A DNA stretch of 64,000 nucleotides, taken from assembly GCA_963845085.1 (NCBI GenBank), contig CAWJQI010000004.1, forward strand, positions 224,001 to 288,000, read 5' to 3'. The notes under the pieces were generated by a model, which did no database searches, was not told the DNA's origin, and worked only from the letters and a program-made list of their open reading frames with translations. Source of the DNA: Candidatus Fermentibacterota bacterium. GTDB taxonomy: Bacteria > Fermentibacterota > Fermentibacteria > Fermentibacterales > JCC-6. Positions 28,144-39,500 of this stretch are shown here, piece by piece (the first letter of the stretch is position 1; each line of letters starts with the position of its first letter). A program made the position numbers and the translations under genes.

Positions 28144-30162
28144 TCGCAGTTCGACGGCGGCGGTGGAGTCGGGGACGAAGAGCTCGCACTCGATGCCGGG
28201 GCCGGGAACGGAGAGATAGAGGAACTCCTCGACTCGGCCGGCGAAATCAAGCCGGTTCTCCTCGTGAACAAATCCGTGACCCTCGTTGTTGTAGAGAACG
28301 TAGACCACTGATGTCCCGATGGCCCTGAGGGCTTCAACCATCTGGTCGCTTTCAGCCTGTACGACCCTCGGGTCGTTCGCGCCCTGGGCGATGAAGATGG
28401 GCATGGTGATGTTCTCCACATGGCTGAGAGGAGAGCGGTCTTCGAGCATTTCCCTGTCATCCGCGTCTTCCGGGTTCCCCACCCTGATGTTCATGAGGGT
28501 AAGCATGGGTTTCCAGTAGGGTGGAACCGTTTCCATGAAGGTTATGAGGTTTGACGGGCCGAAGAAGTCAACCACTGCGCAGTAGAGCTCGGGTGTGAAC
28601 ACCGCACCTGCAAGGGCCGCATAGCCTCCGTATGACCCGCCGAGGATGACGACCCGTTCAGGGTCGGCGATGCCCTGGTCAATCGCCCAGAGGGCGCCGT
28701 CAGTGATGTCGTCCTGCATGGCGCCGCCCCATTCCTTGTTCGCGGCGTTCAGGAATGCCTTTCCAAATCCAGTGCTGCCCCGGAAATTCACCTGAAGAAC
28801 GGCGAAGCCGCGGTCGGCGAACATCTGTGTGAAGGGGTCGTAACCGTAGTAATCCCTGTACCAGGGGCCTCCGTGCACCATCAGGATGGTCGGCCAGGGT
28901 CCAGCGCCATACCTGTCCGGATCAGGAGTGGTGACATAGGACGGAAGTACGAAGCCGTCGCGGGAAGGGATCTCCACACCTTCCATGGGGCGGAGCGTGT
29001 AGTCCTCGAGAGCGGGGATCGCGGTGAAAAGCTCACGGGCTTCGCCGGCCGTGCGGTCGTAAACGCAGTAGACGGCGGGGTTCTCGATCGTACTGTAGGC
29101 AACGAGCCATGTCGAATCGGCGTTGTCTCTGGAGACGATGCTGAAGTCGCCGTCACGGAACTCCTGCAGGTACGCGATGTCAGCCTCGATGGCCGGATCA
29201 AGGACCCGGAGGGTCCGCCTGAGGTAGAAAAATGCGGCCAGCCTGGGCTCTCCGGTGAACGGGTCGAAACCCACGCCCGCAATGTCGGATGAGGAATCGC
29301 TTGTGACAAGTGTTTCGGTTCCAGACGCCAGGTCGAAACGGTACAGCGCCGTCTTGTCCCTCCCGAGATTGGAGCGGATGAAAAGCCCTGTGCCGTCTTC
29401 GGTGAACCGCTCGGGGAACCACTCCTCCTCGCTGGAGAATGATTTGAGAAGTTCCCAGGGGGAGTCGACAGCCGTTCGATGGTGGATCGAGATGAAGCCT
29501 GTCTCGGGGTGTATCGTGAACTGGAGCCTGATTTCGAGCTCACGGTCGGCCATGTACCCGAGAACCATTTCACCCTCGGGGGTGGTTCCCGGGTTGTCCA
29601 TCACCATGGTGAGTTCGCCTGTGTCGAGATCACAGGCGTACACGTCGAAGAACATCCTGTTGTCCTGGTTCATCTCTATCAGGACCATGCCGGGGAAGTC
29701 GGGGTTGGAATCGGAAACGTAGGCCTTTACCCCGGGAAACGGGGTCAGGTCGAGAACCTCGCCGGTCGCCACGGTGATCCTGTAAACGTGGGTATTCTCC
29801 TCGCCCGCCTCGTCCTGCATGTAGAGAATGTGAATCCCGTCTTCCGCCCACTGGAAGTCCATCACACCCCTGTCATCGTCGAACGTGAGCTGCCTTGGGT
29901 TCTCCCCTGTTACGTCCATGAGCCAGAGGTTGAGAACGCCGTCCGCCGGCGCGATGTAGGCAATGGTGCTTCCGTCCGGGGAAAGCTGGGGTCCCACGCG
30001 TTCGGGGTTTCCGAAAAGAACGTCCCTCGGGATAAGGCTTTCAGCCCCCGGACTGGCAACATGACCGGGTTCGGGAAGAGAAGCTCCCGCAGAGGGGGAA
30101 GGCTCGCTTCCGCACCCGGACACAAGCAGGGAAAGAACAGCAACGACCGAAATTCTGAACAT
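28141..30162 (-). CDS. S9-family dipeptidyl/acylaminoacyl peptidase, lipoprotein
   Basis: Lipobox VSG-C; VHGGPW, GGSYGG (Ser), GANDPRV (Asp), EGHGF (His); GGAGG RBS. Confidence 0.93.
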   Translation of the reverse strand: MFRISVVAVLSLLVSGCGSEPSPSAGASLPEPGHVASPGAESLIPRDVLFGNPERVGPQLSPDGSTIAYIAPADGVLNLWLMDVTGENPRQLTFDDDRGVMDFQWAEDGIHILYMQDEAGEENTHVYRITVATGEVLDLTPFPGVKAYVSDSNPDFPGMVLIEMNQDNRMFFDVYACDLDTGELTMVMDNPGTTPEGEMVLGYMADRELEIRLQFTIHPETGFISIHHRTAVDSPWELLKSFSSEEEWFPERFTEDGTGLFIRSNLGRDKTALYRFDLASGTETLVTSDSSSDIAGVGFDPFTGEPRLAAFFYLRRTLRVLDPAIEADIAYLQEFRDGDFSIVSRDNADSTWLVAYSTIENPAVYCVYDRTAGEARELFTAIPALEDYTLRPMEGVEIPSRDGFVLPSYVTTPDPDRYGAGPWPTILMVHGGPWYRDYYGYDPFTQMFADRGFAVLQVNFRGSTGFGKAFLNAANKEWGGAMQDDITDGALWAIDQGIADPERVVILGGSYGGYAALAGAVFTPELYCAVVDFFGPSNLITFMETVPPYWKPMLTLMNIRVGNPEDADDREMLEDRSPLSHVENITMPIFIAQGANDPRVVQAESDQMVEALRAIGTSVVYVLYNNEGHGFVHEENRLDFAGRVEEFLYLSVPGPGIECELFVPDSTAAVELR

Positions 30163-30179
30163 CAATGACCTCCGGAGAA

Positions 30180-30554
30180 TCACCTTGCCCGTGAGAACGC
30201 AATTGTATAGATGGTGTAGACAAGCCCGCCCATCACCGCCAGGGCTGCGGCGGCCCGTTCGAAGCTCAGGGATGCCAAAGAGGCGAGAAGACTTTCAAAC
30301 GGCCTCATCGAGGCGAGATCGAGGATCCAGGAAAGCCTGTCCAAGTTGGATGCTGCAAAAAGGGCGACGAGTGCGGCGGCGACTATCACGACAAACACCT
30401 TGTAGTATGGGAACGCAGGTCGGCTCAGCGCCTGCGCCTTCATGGCAATCATCCTGGCCATTCCGCCCGGGACGGCCTCCGGCGATACGGATGAGGTGAG
30501 CAGAAAGTCCACGATCTGCTCAAGTCCTGCATTCCCGTTACGCGAGGAGCTCAT
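30180..30554 (-). CDS. Membrane protein, probable anti-sigma factor
   Basis: Overlaps the 3' end of the ECF sigma gene; short soluble N-terminus plus two TM helices. Confidence 0.55.
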   Translation of the reverse strand: MSSSRNGNAGLEQIVDFLLTSSVSPEAVPGGMARMIAMKAQALSRPAFPYYKVFVVIVAAALVALFAASNLDRLSWILDLASMRPFESLLASLASLSFERAAAALAVMGGLVYTIYTIAFSRAR

Positions 30555-31089
30555 CTTCTCTTCCTTTCAGCAGGGCGCACAATCTCTCCCTGGCCCTGTG
30601 CAGCCCGACCCTGACAGACCCGGGTGACATTCCCAGAATTATAGCCACTTCGTCGCTCGAAAGATCCCGATGGTAGGACAGCGTGAGAAGCTGACGGTCC
30701 CTCATCGAGAGCAGCGCCATTGCCTCCTCGAGAATGCGTCTTTTCTCGTCGAAGCCCGGGGGCATGGTGGGGTTTGCGTTTTCGAGAAGCATCTCCTCCC
30801 CGCCCGCTTCCATTCTCCGGTTCCGTTTTTCCATCTCGTCGAGGCAGATCCGCCTCGTAATCGAAACAAGCCAGCCCGGAAAGGCTTCCGGATCCCTCAG
30901 GCTCCGGATCTTCTGCCAGACCCTGGTGAAGGTTTCCTGACACATGTCTTCGGCCAGGTGCGCGTCGCCAGTCATCCGGAACGCCAACGAGTGCACAAGC
31001 CCGCAGTACTCCTTCACCAGGGCCTCGAAGGCCGGGGAGTCCCCGTCCCTGGCCAGAGCGACAAGCCCGAGGGTATGCTCCCGAGTCAC
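30538..31089 (-). CDS. ECF RNA polymerase sigma factor
   Basis: AEDMCQETF, FPGWLVSI, region 4 EVAIILGMSPGSVRVGLHRAR. Confidence 0.93.
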   Translation of the reverse strand: MTREHTLGLVALARDGDSPAFEALVKEYCGLVHSLAFRMTGDAHLAEDMCQETFTRVWQKIRSLRDPEAFPGWLVSITRRICLDEMEKRNRRMEAGGEEMLLENANPTMPPGFDEKRRILEEAMALLSMRDRQLLTLSYHRDLSSDEVAIILGMSPGSVRVGLHRARERLCALLKGREDELLA

Positions 31090-31490
31090 TTGTGGTCTCC
31101 ACCGTCATCCTTCTGGACAAAGAGAGCGATAACGATGTTGGCGATCCCGATGAAGCCGAGGATGAGTGCTGCGAGGATGAACCCCCTGACCTGGCCCATG
31201 ACAAGGGCTCCCAGAACGAATGCAATGGCGATGCTGAGAAGAATGATACCGCTGCTGAGGCTCTTCTTGCGGGGGTTCACGGGGACGGTGCTCTCGGTAC
31301 TCCCGAGGGACTGCACGAGCTTGTCAACCTGTTCGGGGGAGAGGTTTCCCTCGAGGGCCCTTTTCACTGTTTCGTACTTCGCAACCTTGGTGCGGTGCGA
31401 GTAGTAGGTCGCAAGAATAATCGCCAGCACAGGCCCGCCAACTCCGAGAACAATGCCGAAGATCGGTATCATCAATGCCAGATCATCCAT
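31086..31490 (-). CDS. Small membrane protein (DUF6249-like), first gene of the ECF operon
   Basis: TM, then ALEG, LSSGIILLSI, two further TMs; AAGGAG RBS. Confidence 0.65.
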   Translation of the reverse strand: MDDLALMIPIFGIVLGVGGPVLAIILATYYSHRTKVAKYETVKRALEGNLSPEQVDKLVQSLGSTESTVPVNPRKKSLSSGIILLSIAIAFVLGALVMGQVRGFILAALILGFIGIANIVIALFVQKDDGGDHK

Positions 31491-31519
31491 GACAGCTCCT
31501 TTCAGGGTTTCTGCCCTAC

Positions 31520-31547
31520 TGACGGAGCATCACCCGAATATGTTACA
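31520..31547 (-). promoter_or_regulatory. ECF-type promoter, probably autoregulatory
   Basis: Minus strand TGTAAC-N17-CGTCA about 30 nt before ATG 31490; matches the general ECF AAC/CGT pattern. Confidence 0.65.
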
Positions 31548-31640
31548 CAGCAGCCTGCAGGGTCGCGGTGCCGCCGGCCGTCTTCCGGAAACGGCAGCGG
31601 CAGTACTCTTTGCAGGGATTGTGAATGCCGGCGCGTCCGA

Positions 31641-34600
31641 TCAGGAAATAGCGCCTGAAACAGCTTCCAGCAGGGATCTCGAAGTAATGGGTTTCTGGAG
31701 CACCCCGCGGATCCCGTGACGGCGCAATTCAATGGCCGTGCCTTCGGCACTGTGGCCGGATAGTATCATCACCTTTACCAGGGGCTTGAGCTTCTTCATT
31801 TCGAGGAAGGCATCGAGACCGTTCATCCTGGGCATCGTCATGTCCATGAGGACCAGATCAATCCTTTCCGGGTCCCGTTTGAAAACCCTGAGGGCGTTCT
31901 CTCCGTCAGAGGCGGTGAGAACATGGTACCCGCCCGAGATGAGAAGGTCGGAAAGAATGCTTCTCACCATCTCCTCGTCGTCAACGACAAGGATCGTTGC
32001 CGTTGCCCCGGCATGGACAGGAGGATGCTCGTCTTCCTCGGACTTCCTGGTATCGCGTGGAGCGAGGGGGAGAACGAGCGTAACGCTCGTGCCTTTTTCG
32101 GGTTCGGAATGAATATCGACCTGACCACCGTGCGCGTTGACCGTTCCGTACACTGCGGGCAGCCCCATTCCTGTGCCGTGTCCCACCGGCTTGGTGGTGA
32201 AAAAGGGCTCGAAAGCCCGCTCGACTACCGCCGGTTCCATGCCCTTTCCGTTGTCCTCGACCAGAATTTCGATGTGACCGCTGCGGGCACCGTCGACAAC
32301 CCCGGGCAGGTTCCTTGTCGACACCCTGATGTATCCTCCCGAGGGGAGGGCGTCACGGGAGTTGAGAACGAGGTTCAGGATTGCGTTGTTGAGCTGCGAC
32401 TCGTCACCCGCAACGATAGACTCGTCGGCACACAGCCTTGACACTATCTCGATGCGGCGGTCGATGCTTCGCTCAACCATGGACAGCACGTCCCTGATCA
32501 CCTTGTGCATGTCCACGGCGCTGACAACGCTCATCCCCTTGCGGCTGAAGGCGAGGAGCTGCCTGATCAGATCGGCGGACCGCTCCGAGGCTCTCAGAAT
32601 GCCCCGGATCATGCGCTTCAGTTCCGGGTCGTCAACGCGGGCCATCAGCCCCTCCGCGTACCCCACAATGCCCATGAGCTGGTTGTTGAAGTCATGGGCC
32701 ACTCCCCCCGCAAGTTCGCCGACCGACCTGAGCTTCTCGGAGTGTTGAAGTTCCTGCTCAATCTGCCTGAGCCCGGTGACATCCATGATCACGCCGGTCG
32801 TGGACATGACCGAGTCGCTTCTCTTCTCACTGGTCGCCCTGAGCCTGAAAACCCTCTTCTTCCTGCTGTCGTTCTCGGACAGCGTGAAGTCAACTTCGGC
32901 TGTCTCCCCCTCCCGGGCGGATATGCGGAGAACGTCCTGTATCTTCTCCCACTCCTCGGTTGACACGATCTCCCGCAGGTGCACCCCGCGATCGTTTCTG
33001 TGCTCTATTCCAAGAATCTCGCACGCCTCGGTGGAAAGATCGACCCTTGAGCGACCGCTGTGGGTGCTCCACTCAATACGCACACCGCCCAGCGAGGCTG
33101 CATTCTGTATCCTCTTCAGGTAGTCGTGGGCTTCCTCGACGCTTCGGCGAGCCTCCATGATCCCTGTCACATCCTGCACGGCGCCGGACACCCTGATGGG
33201 CTCACCCCTGCTGTCGTACTCGAGTTCGGCAACCAGCCTGACCTGCCGCCCCGAGTCATCCACGATGGGCGTGGTAAAGTCCATCCTGGAGCGCGCATAG
33301 GCGAGTTCATCGAATGCGGCCTGAATATCACCGGGGTTCCGGAAAAGCCGGCAGAAAACTGTGAACGGTATTGTTTCATCGCTGCCGGAGTACCCAAGGA
33401 TTGCCCTGGTGTCGCCTGTGAACCAGATCAGGCCGTTCTCGGGTATGAAATCCCAGCAGCCGACCATCGCAATCGAGTGGGTTCTGCGAAGCCTTTTCTC
33501 AAGGCCGCGAAGCATGTTCTCGGCCTTCTTCAGCCCTGTAACATCGACAAAGCTGAGAATCGTGCCGGTCAGGTTGCCCTGTACATCCAGATGGGGCGAG
33601 GCCTTGGTTAGAAACCAGCCCAGTTCGCCTGCATCGAGCTCCCACTGGTCCGTGCCCCCCCTGGCCATAACCCGTTTCACCCTGTCCAGAATGTCGCTGA
33701 TGATGCAGCTGGAAAGATTCGATGCAATGTCAGTCACGACCCGTCCGAGATCCTTCTCATCGAAACGGAAGAAACGGCGAGCGGTCTCGTTGAATTTCCT
33801 GATCTCGAGCTTCTTTCCAAGAAAGATCGCAGCAACGTCGATGCTCTTGAGAAGATTCCCCATGTCGCTGTGAAGCTCGGAGAGCTGGAGGTTCCTGGAC
33901 TTGAGCTCCTCGTTGGCCGAAAGCAGCTCTTCGTTGATCGCCTGAAGCTCCTCGTTGGTGCTGCGGATCTCCTCGCCCCCGGTGAGCAGCTCCTCGTTGG
34001 CCGCCTGAAGCTCGCTGGTGCGGTTCGAAAGGTCATCACGGACCAGCCTGAGCTCCTGTTCAAGGGCGTCCAGCTGACTCTCCAGATCATCGATCCTTCC
34101 CCTGGCGTCGCTGGTAAGCTCGGCGTTGTCGATCACCTTCATGGCGGGAAGCACGCAGTGGGTGAAGGTAACAAGGCACACCCCCCCCATGCCGGAAGGA
34201 GAAACCCTGGTGATCCCGAGATTGACCCCTCCCTCGCGCCAGGGAAGATTCCTGATCTCAACAGGAACGCCCTCCCTGAGAACCTCCCGTACTCCTGCCC
34301 TGACCCTCCCACGGAAATCGGGTGGAAGCATCGTCAGAAGGTCAACATTGGGAAAACCCGAAGGGATTGTAAGGAACTCGTTCAGGTCTCCGTTCAGATG
34401 CAGCAGATGGAAGGACTCATCAACAAAGACACAGGATGGCACGAACGTCTGCATCAGGCATGTGTCGAAACTCGTCCGGGAAAGCCCCCTGCCGGGGTTC
34501 TCGCTGAAGGCTTCAGTTTTCGTCTGAGAGGCGGGTACGCCGTGACGCCTCGGAACATCACCGAAAAAGAAATCAATGGGTTTGCTCAACTCCGCGCATT

Positions 34601-35405
34601 TCCTGTAAACACGCCACGTTCCGTCCACCACTTCCAGGCATCCGCTGAACCCGGACGGGCTCTCCCCGTTGCCCATGAAAAGGAACCCGTCCTTCTTCAG
34701 ACTGAACAGAAGCCTTCCCATGACCTTCCGCTGGTTCTCCTCCTTCAGGTACATCACAAGGTTCCTGCAGCTGACCAGGTCGGTTCGCGAGAACGGGGGA
34801 TCCTCGAGGAGGTCATGCCTGTTGAAGACCAGCCTTCGCCTTATGTCAGGGCTGATGGTGAAGCCGAGTGAGGTTTCCGTGACCATTCCCCGATACCTCT
34901 CGGGAAGAGATTCAACGGTCTCGCGCTTGAAAACGGCCTTTGATGCGGAATGAACGGACTCTTCGGAGATGTCGGTGGCGAAGATGGTGAAGTCACCGCC
35001 GCAGCCCTTCGAGTAATCCTCGAGAAGCATCGCCAGGGAGTAGACCTCGTGGCCTCTGGAACAGCCCGCCACCCATACCCGCACGGGTTCCCCGCCCGCC
35101 CTTTCGAAGAGCTGCGGAAGAACCTTTTTCTCAATGACCTTGAAGGCCTCGGGATCCCTGAAGAAGGAGGTCACCCCGATGAGAAAATCCGCAGCAAGGG
35201 ATGAAACCTCTTCAGGTTCCTTCTCGAGGATCGTGACATACTCGGAAAGGGAGGTAAGGTTTCGGGCGGCCATTCTGCGCAGATACCTGCGGCGCAGGGT
35301 GTTCATCTTGTAGGAAAAGAAGTCGACCCCTGCCCGTTCGGAGGCGGTCTGAACCAGGAGGAACTCCCAGTCCTCCCTGCGGAAAACGCCCTTGTCACCT
35401 TCCAT
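31641..35405 (-). CDS. CheR methyltransferase - PAS - histidine kinase - receiver hybrid
   Basis: IGVTSFFRD, VWVAGCSRG, FATDI, DLVSCRNL; coiled coil ELQAANEEL; AHDFNN, EPFFTTK..GTGMGL; VVDDE, LMDMTMP. Confidence 0.92.
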   Translation of the reverse strand: MEGDKGVFRREDWEFLLVQTASERAGVDFFSYKMNTLRRRYLRRMAARNLTSLSEYVTILEKEPEEVSSLAADFLIGVTSFFRDPEAFKVIEKKVLPQLFERAGGEPVRVWVAGCSRGHEVYSLAMLLEDYSKGCGGDFTIFATDISEESVHSASKAVFKRETVESLPERYRGMVTETSLGFTISPDIRRRLVFNRHDLLEDPPFSRTDLVSCRNLVMYLKEENQRKVMGRLLFSLKKDGFLFMGNGESPSGFSGCLEVVDGTWRVYRKCAELSKPIDFFFGDVPRRHGVPASQTKTEAFSENPGRGLSRTSFDTCLMQTFVPSCVFVDESFHLLHLNGDLNEFLTIPSGFPNVDLLTMLPPDFRGRVRAGVREVLREGVPVEIRNLPWREGGVNLGITRVSPSGMGGVCLVTFTHCVLPAMKVIDNAELTSDARGRIDDLESQLDALEQELRLVRDDLSNRTSELQAANEELLTGGEEIRSTNEELQAINEELLSANEELKSRNLQLSELHSDMGNLLKSIDVAAIFLGKKLEIRKFNETARRFFRFDEKDLGRVVTDIASNLSSCIISDILDRVKRVMARGGTDQWELDAGELGWFLTKASPHLDVQGNLTGTILSFVDVTGLKKAENMLRGLEKRLRRTHSIAMVGCWDFIPENGLIWFTGDTRAILGYSGSDETIPFTVFCRLFRNPGDIQAAFDELAYARSRMDFTTPIVDDSGRQVRLVAELEYDSRGEPIRVSGAVQDVTGIMEARRSVEEAHDYLKRIQNAASLGGVRIEWSTHSGRSRVDLSTEACEILGIEHRNDRGVHLREIVSTEEWEKIQDVLRISAREGETAEVDFTLSENDSRKKRVFRLRATSEKRSDSVMSTTGVIMDVTGLRQIEQELQHSEKLRSVGELAGGVAHDFNNQLMGIVGYAEGLMARVDDPELKRMIRGILRASERSADLIRQLLAFSRKGMSVVSAVDMHKVIRDVLSMVERSIDRRIEIVSRLCADESIVAGDESQLNNAILNLVLNSRDALPSGGYIRVSTRNLPGVVDGARSGHIEILVEDNGKGMEPAVVERAFEPFFTTKPVGHGTGMGLPAVYGTVNAHGGQVDIHSEPEKGTSVTLVLPLAPRDTRKSEEDEHPPVHAGATATILVVDDEEMVRSILSDLLISGGYHVLTASDGENALRVFKRDPERIDLVLMDMTMPRMNGLDAFLEMKKLKPLVKVMILSGHSAEGTAIELRRHGIRGVLQKPITSRSLLEAVSGAIS

Positions 35406-35465
35406 TGCGCGACAATACCTCACAACCGGAGTAAAATGCAACACAAATAACGGCTATCACACCTG

Positions 35466-36506
35466 TCAGTTCATCACCGCCACGGGAGCATCGTGGGCCA
35501 GGGAGTAGTGACCGCTCGTGATCACCTGGTCACCCTCGACGATACCCTCGGTGACCGACACGGTTCCCCTGCCCCGGGCACCCACCGTCACGTAGACCCA
35601 TTTTGCCCTGCCATCCTCCACCACGAAAACCATGTCGCGGTTGTCGCGGATAAGAACAGCCTCCTCCGGAATGACAAGGGAGCCGGGATTTTCCGAGACA
35701 ACGATCTCCACACGCGCAGTCGCGCCGGGGCGGAGGTTCAGAACGCCCGGCAGATCGATCATGACTGTTCCGGCACGGTATGACGGATTCACGACCGGGG
35801 AAACAGAAAACACCGTTCCGACAATGGTGGTGTCGACCAGCGACGGAATCGTGACAAACGCCCTGCTGCCCTGAACGCACCGGGCGAGCTGCCTTTCATC
35901 AAGTTCCACTCTCACCTGAAGGGCAAGCGGGTCAACAAGTTCACCAAGCAGTGTTCCGGGGTAGACCGTCATGCCCTCATGAGCCGAGACCGATGCCACA
36001 ACACCGTCGAAACCGGCCCTGATGGCGCTGTTCGAGTACTGCGTACCGGCCCTGGCAAGGGTGGCCTGGGCCTGCTCGAGGCCGGTGGTCTGCCGAAGCA
36101 TCTGCCGTACTTCTTCGGTGAGTTCGCCCTGATAGTTGTCACATTCGAACTGGTACATCACCTGGGCGCTTCTCTGTGCGCTGGAGGCGGCGGCCAGATT
36201 TGCGGAGTACTCTCCCGATGCAACCCTGAAGATCACGTCACCTGCCGAGAAGGCGGTTCCGTCGCAGAGGGGGGCCTGCACGACCTGCCCCTGGATCTGA
36301 GCCGTAAGTGTCTGATTCCTTTGGCTTTCCACCCTGCCGGTCGCATTGATCACTTCGAAGAGGGTGTCCACCATGGCTGCGGAGGCCGTGACCGGAAGCG
36401 GGGATGGCTCGAGCGCCTCCCTTTCGGTTTCCTCAGCCTCTCCTCCACAGCCGAAAACAGCCAGCAAACACACCGCTGCCGCCAGAAGACGGCTAGACCT
36501 TTTCAT
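35466..36506 (-). CDS. RND efflux periplasmic adaptor (lipoprotein)
   Basis: Lipobox VFG-C; IRAGFDGVV, LRPG, IPEEAV. Confidence 0.88.
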   Translation of the reverse strand: MKRSSRLLAAAVCLLAVFGCGGEAEETEREALEPSPLPVTASAAMVDTLFEVINATGRVESQRNQTLTAQIQGQVVQAPLCDGTAFSAGDVIFRVASGEYSANLAAASSAQRSAQVMYQFECDNYQGELTEEVRQMLRQTTGLEQAQATLARAGTQYSNSAIRAGFDGVVASVSAHEGMTVYPGTLLGELVDPLALQVRVELDERQLARCVQGSRAFVTIPSLVDTTIVGTVFSVSPVVNPSYRAGTVMIDLPGVLNLRPGATARVEIVVSENPGSLVIPEEAVLIRDNRDMVFVVEDGRAKWVYVTVGARGRGTVSVTEGIVEGDQVITSGHYSLAHDAPVAVMN

Positions 36507-39500
36507 TCCTCCTCCTTCGGGAAGTGACCTGAATGAGCGCGGGCAGGGCAACCAGGACCAGGGGAGTACTGACGACCATGCCACAGACCACCGTGAAGGA
36601 AAGCGTTCCCCAGAGGTCCTGACCCGAAATGGGCCACAGGACCAGGGGCAGAAGACCCACTATGGTTGTGGCGGTGGTCTGCAGAACCGGCCTCAGCCTT
36701 TCCTGTACCACCATGTCTACCGCCGTCTTCACGGGAATGCCTTCCTTCTCCTTCTTCACATAGCTGTCCACCAGGAGGATCGAGTTGTTCACCGCGATCC
36801 CCACAAGAAAAACGCTTCCCACGTATGCTTCGGGGCTGAACACCCTGCCGAAGGCCCAGAAGCCCGCAACCACTCCGACCAGGGCCATCGGCACGACCGC
36901 GAGCACCCACAGGGGTGCGGAAAGGCTTTCGAAGATAATTGCGGTCACCGCGAACACGGCAAGGATGGCAAGGACCACGAGCAGGTTCATGTCTGCGCCT
37001 TCGTCCCTTCGAAGCCACTCCGGCAGCCAGTCCGTGTCTTCGTATACCCTGTATCCCGACGGGAGTTCAAGGCTTTCCAGAAGGGTTGTTCTGAACCTTG
37101 CCGCCATGCGTTCCGCACCCATGAAGGAGTAGGCGATTGTTCGCAGATACTCGCCATTTTCCCTTGCGATCGAGCCCTGCACCGAGAGGGTGTCGATCTC
37201 AACAACGTCACCGAGCCGGATCGTGCCTCCGCTTGTTCTCACACCGCTTCCGAGAACATCAGCCAGATCGGGGTTTTCCCTGCCTTCAAGCCTGAATGAG
37301 AGATCCAGGGAGGTGTCGCCCACCCTCACCTGGCCGCCGTAACCTCCCGCAAAGTTGTATGCGAAGGCCTGGAGAAGCTGCACCGGGTTCAGACCAAGGT
37401 CAGCCAGTTCCTGTCTGTCGAATACGACAACAAGCTGGTCCCGGTTCATCTCCCTTCTTGAGAAGTTGATGTCGACGTCCTGGATTCGGGGATGCGAGGA
37501 CAGGAGGGCTTCGATGCTCAACGCGATATTCTTGAGCCCCTGGTAGTCATATCCGCGGATCTCGATGGTCTGCATCATGCCAGCGCTGGTTGTTGTTCTC
37601 CAGTATCCCTCCGGGCTGATGCCGCCCGCAAAGATCGTGCTGGCGCCACCTATCGCTGTAGCAAGGGCCATCGCCTCGGCCTCGACCTGAAGGGCCAGGC
37701 CGCTTTCAAGCGCCTCGTCTTCGAATTCGCTCCAGATGGATGCGGATTCACCCCATACGTAGGTTCGGGAGGCAGTGACACCTTCCCGTCCGGCCATGAT
37801 CTCCTCGAATTGTCTCGCAACGCCGTCAACGATGTCCTGCGGGGTTCCGGGAGGAAATTCGAAGGAGACGTAGACAATGTTCCTCTGCCACCCTCCGAAG
37901 TTCCACGTTTCGCCGTGCTCAACTTTCGCTATAAGCACGTAAATGGATGCGCAGACCAGGAGAATGGTCGAGTTCAGGACCAGCCACGGCCTGTGATGCA
38001 GCATGGAAACCCATCTCGCGAGCGTCCTGTCCCATAGCCTTTCCTTGTACCAGTCGCTTTTGCCGCGGTGGCCCGCGATCGACGGAACAAGCGAAAGACA
38101 GACCACATAGGAAGCCATGAGGGTCGCTGCCACGGTAAAGGCAAAGGGTTTGTAATAGAGCCTCAGAACACCTTCGCTGGCGAGCAGTGGAACAAGGGCC
38201 ACGAGGGTGGTGAGAATGCCTCCCATGATGGGTACCTTGACTTCAGCAGCGCCGACCAGGGCGGCCTGCATCGGGGGCATGCCCTGTCGCCTCCTGTAGG
38301 CGATGGCTTCGATCACCACGACCGCTCCGTCGACAAGAAGGCCGAAGGCAATTGCAAGGGCACTGAGTGTGAGGACATTGATGGTGTAGCCGGCGAGGAA
38401 AACCGCAGTGACAGCCATCGCTGCGCTGAAGAGTATCGAACTGAGAACAAGGGGCGTTGTCATGGGGCTTGGGTTGAGAAGAAGCAGGACCAGCGTGATG
38501 AGGACAACCGAGAGCAAGGCGCGCCAGGACAGCGAGTTCAGATCCTTGACGATGCCCTCGGTGCCATCCTCGGTGAGGTCGATTTCCACCCCTGCCGGAA
38601 GACTTTCCTGAAGGCTTTCGACCCTGTCGAAAACCCTTCGCGCCGTGGCAACGGCGTTACTTCCGGGGCTTCTGTCGACCTGGAGGGACACCTGGTCAAG
38701 ACCGTTGTAGCGGAAGACAGCGCCGGTCTGATCGGAATAGCTAACGCTGACGCCGTGCGAAATGTCGCCGATTGTCACGAACCGGCCACCCCGGTAGGCG
38801 AGCGGTATCGTCTCGATGCCTGAGGGGACCCCCGGCACGCTGCTGACCCTGAGAACGGCCTCGATGCCGGAGGAATCAGCCACGACGCCGACGTTCCTGT
38901 CCACGATGCCGCTGCGGATGGCGTACACTACCTGGGCGAGGGTGAGGTCGCAGGCTTTGAGGGCTTCAAGGTCGATGTCGATGATGATTTCCTCAGAGCC
39001 CAGCCCCTCCACTATCACGGAGCTGACCCCGTCGACCCTCTCAAGGGCGGGTACGATGACGTCTTCCGAGAGCTGCTTCAAGACCGGGCGCTCGGCTCCG
39101 ATCAGGCTGTAGACAAGGAAACCCTCGCTCTCCATCTCCCGTGGGACCGACTGTGTGATCTGGCTTGGCTGCACCGTGGCGGGCAGTTCCCGGCGGATCA
39201 TGCTGATCCTCTCGGTCAGTTCCATGGCCACAACGTCCATGTCAGTGCCCTTGGCGAACGAGACCGTCACGGTGCTGGCTCCGAGCATCGAAGTGGATGA
39301 AACCTCCTCCACTCCTCCCACCTGTCTGGCAGCCTCCTCGATCGGCCTGGTAACCTGTTCGCACACGGCTTCGGGATCGGCACCGGCCCACGTGGTGCTC
39401 ACGCTGAGGCTTGGCAGAGTGGTGTCGGGAGTGCCCTCAACGGGAATCCTGAAGACCGAAACCACCGCGAGGCCGAGAAGGGCGATGTACGCCATGGCCG

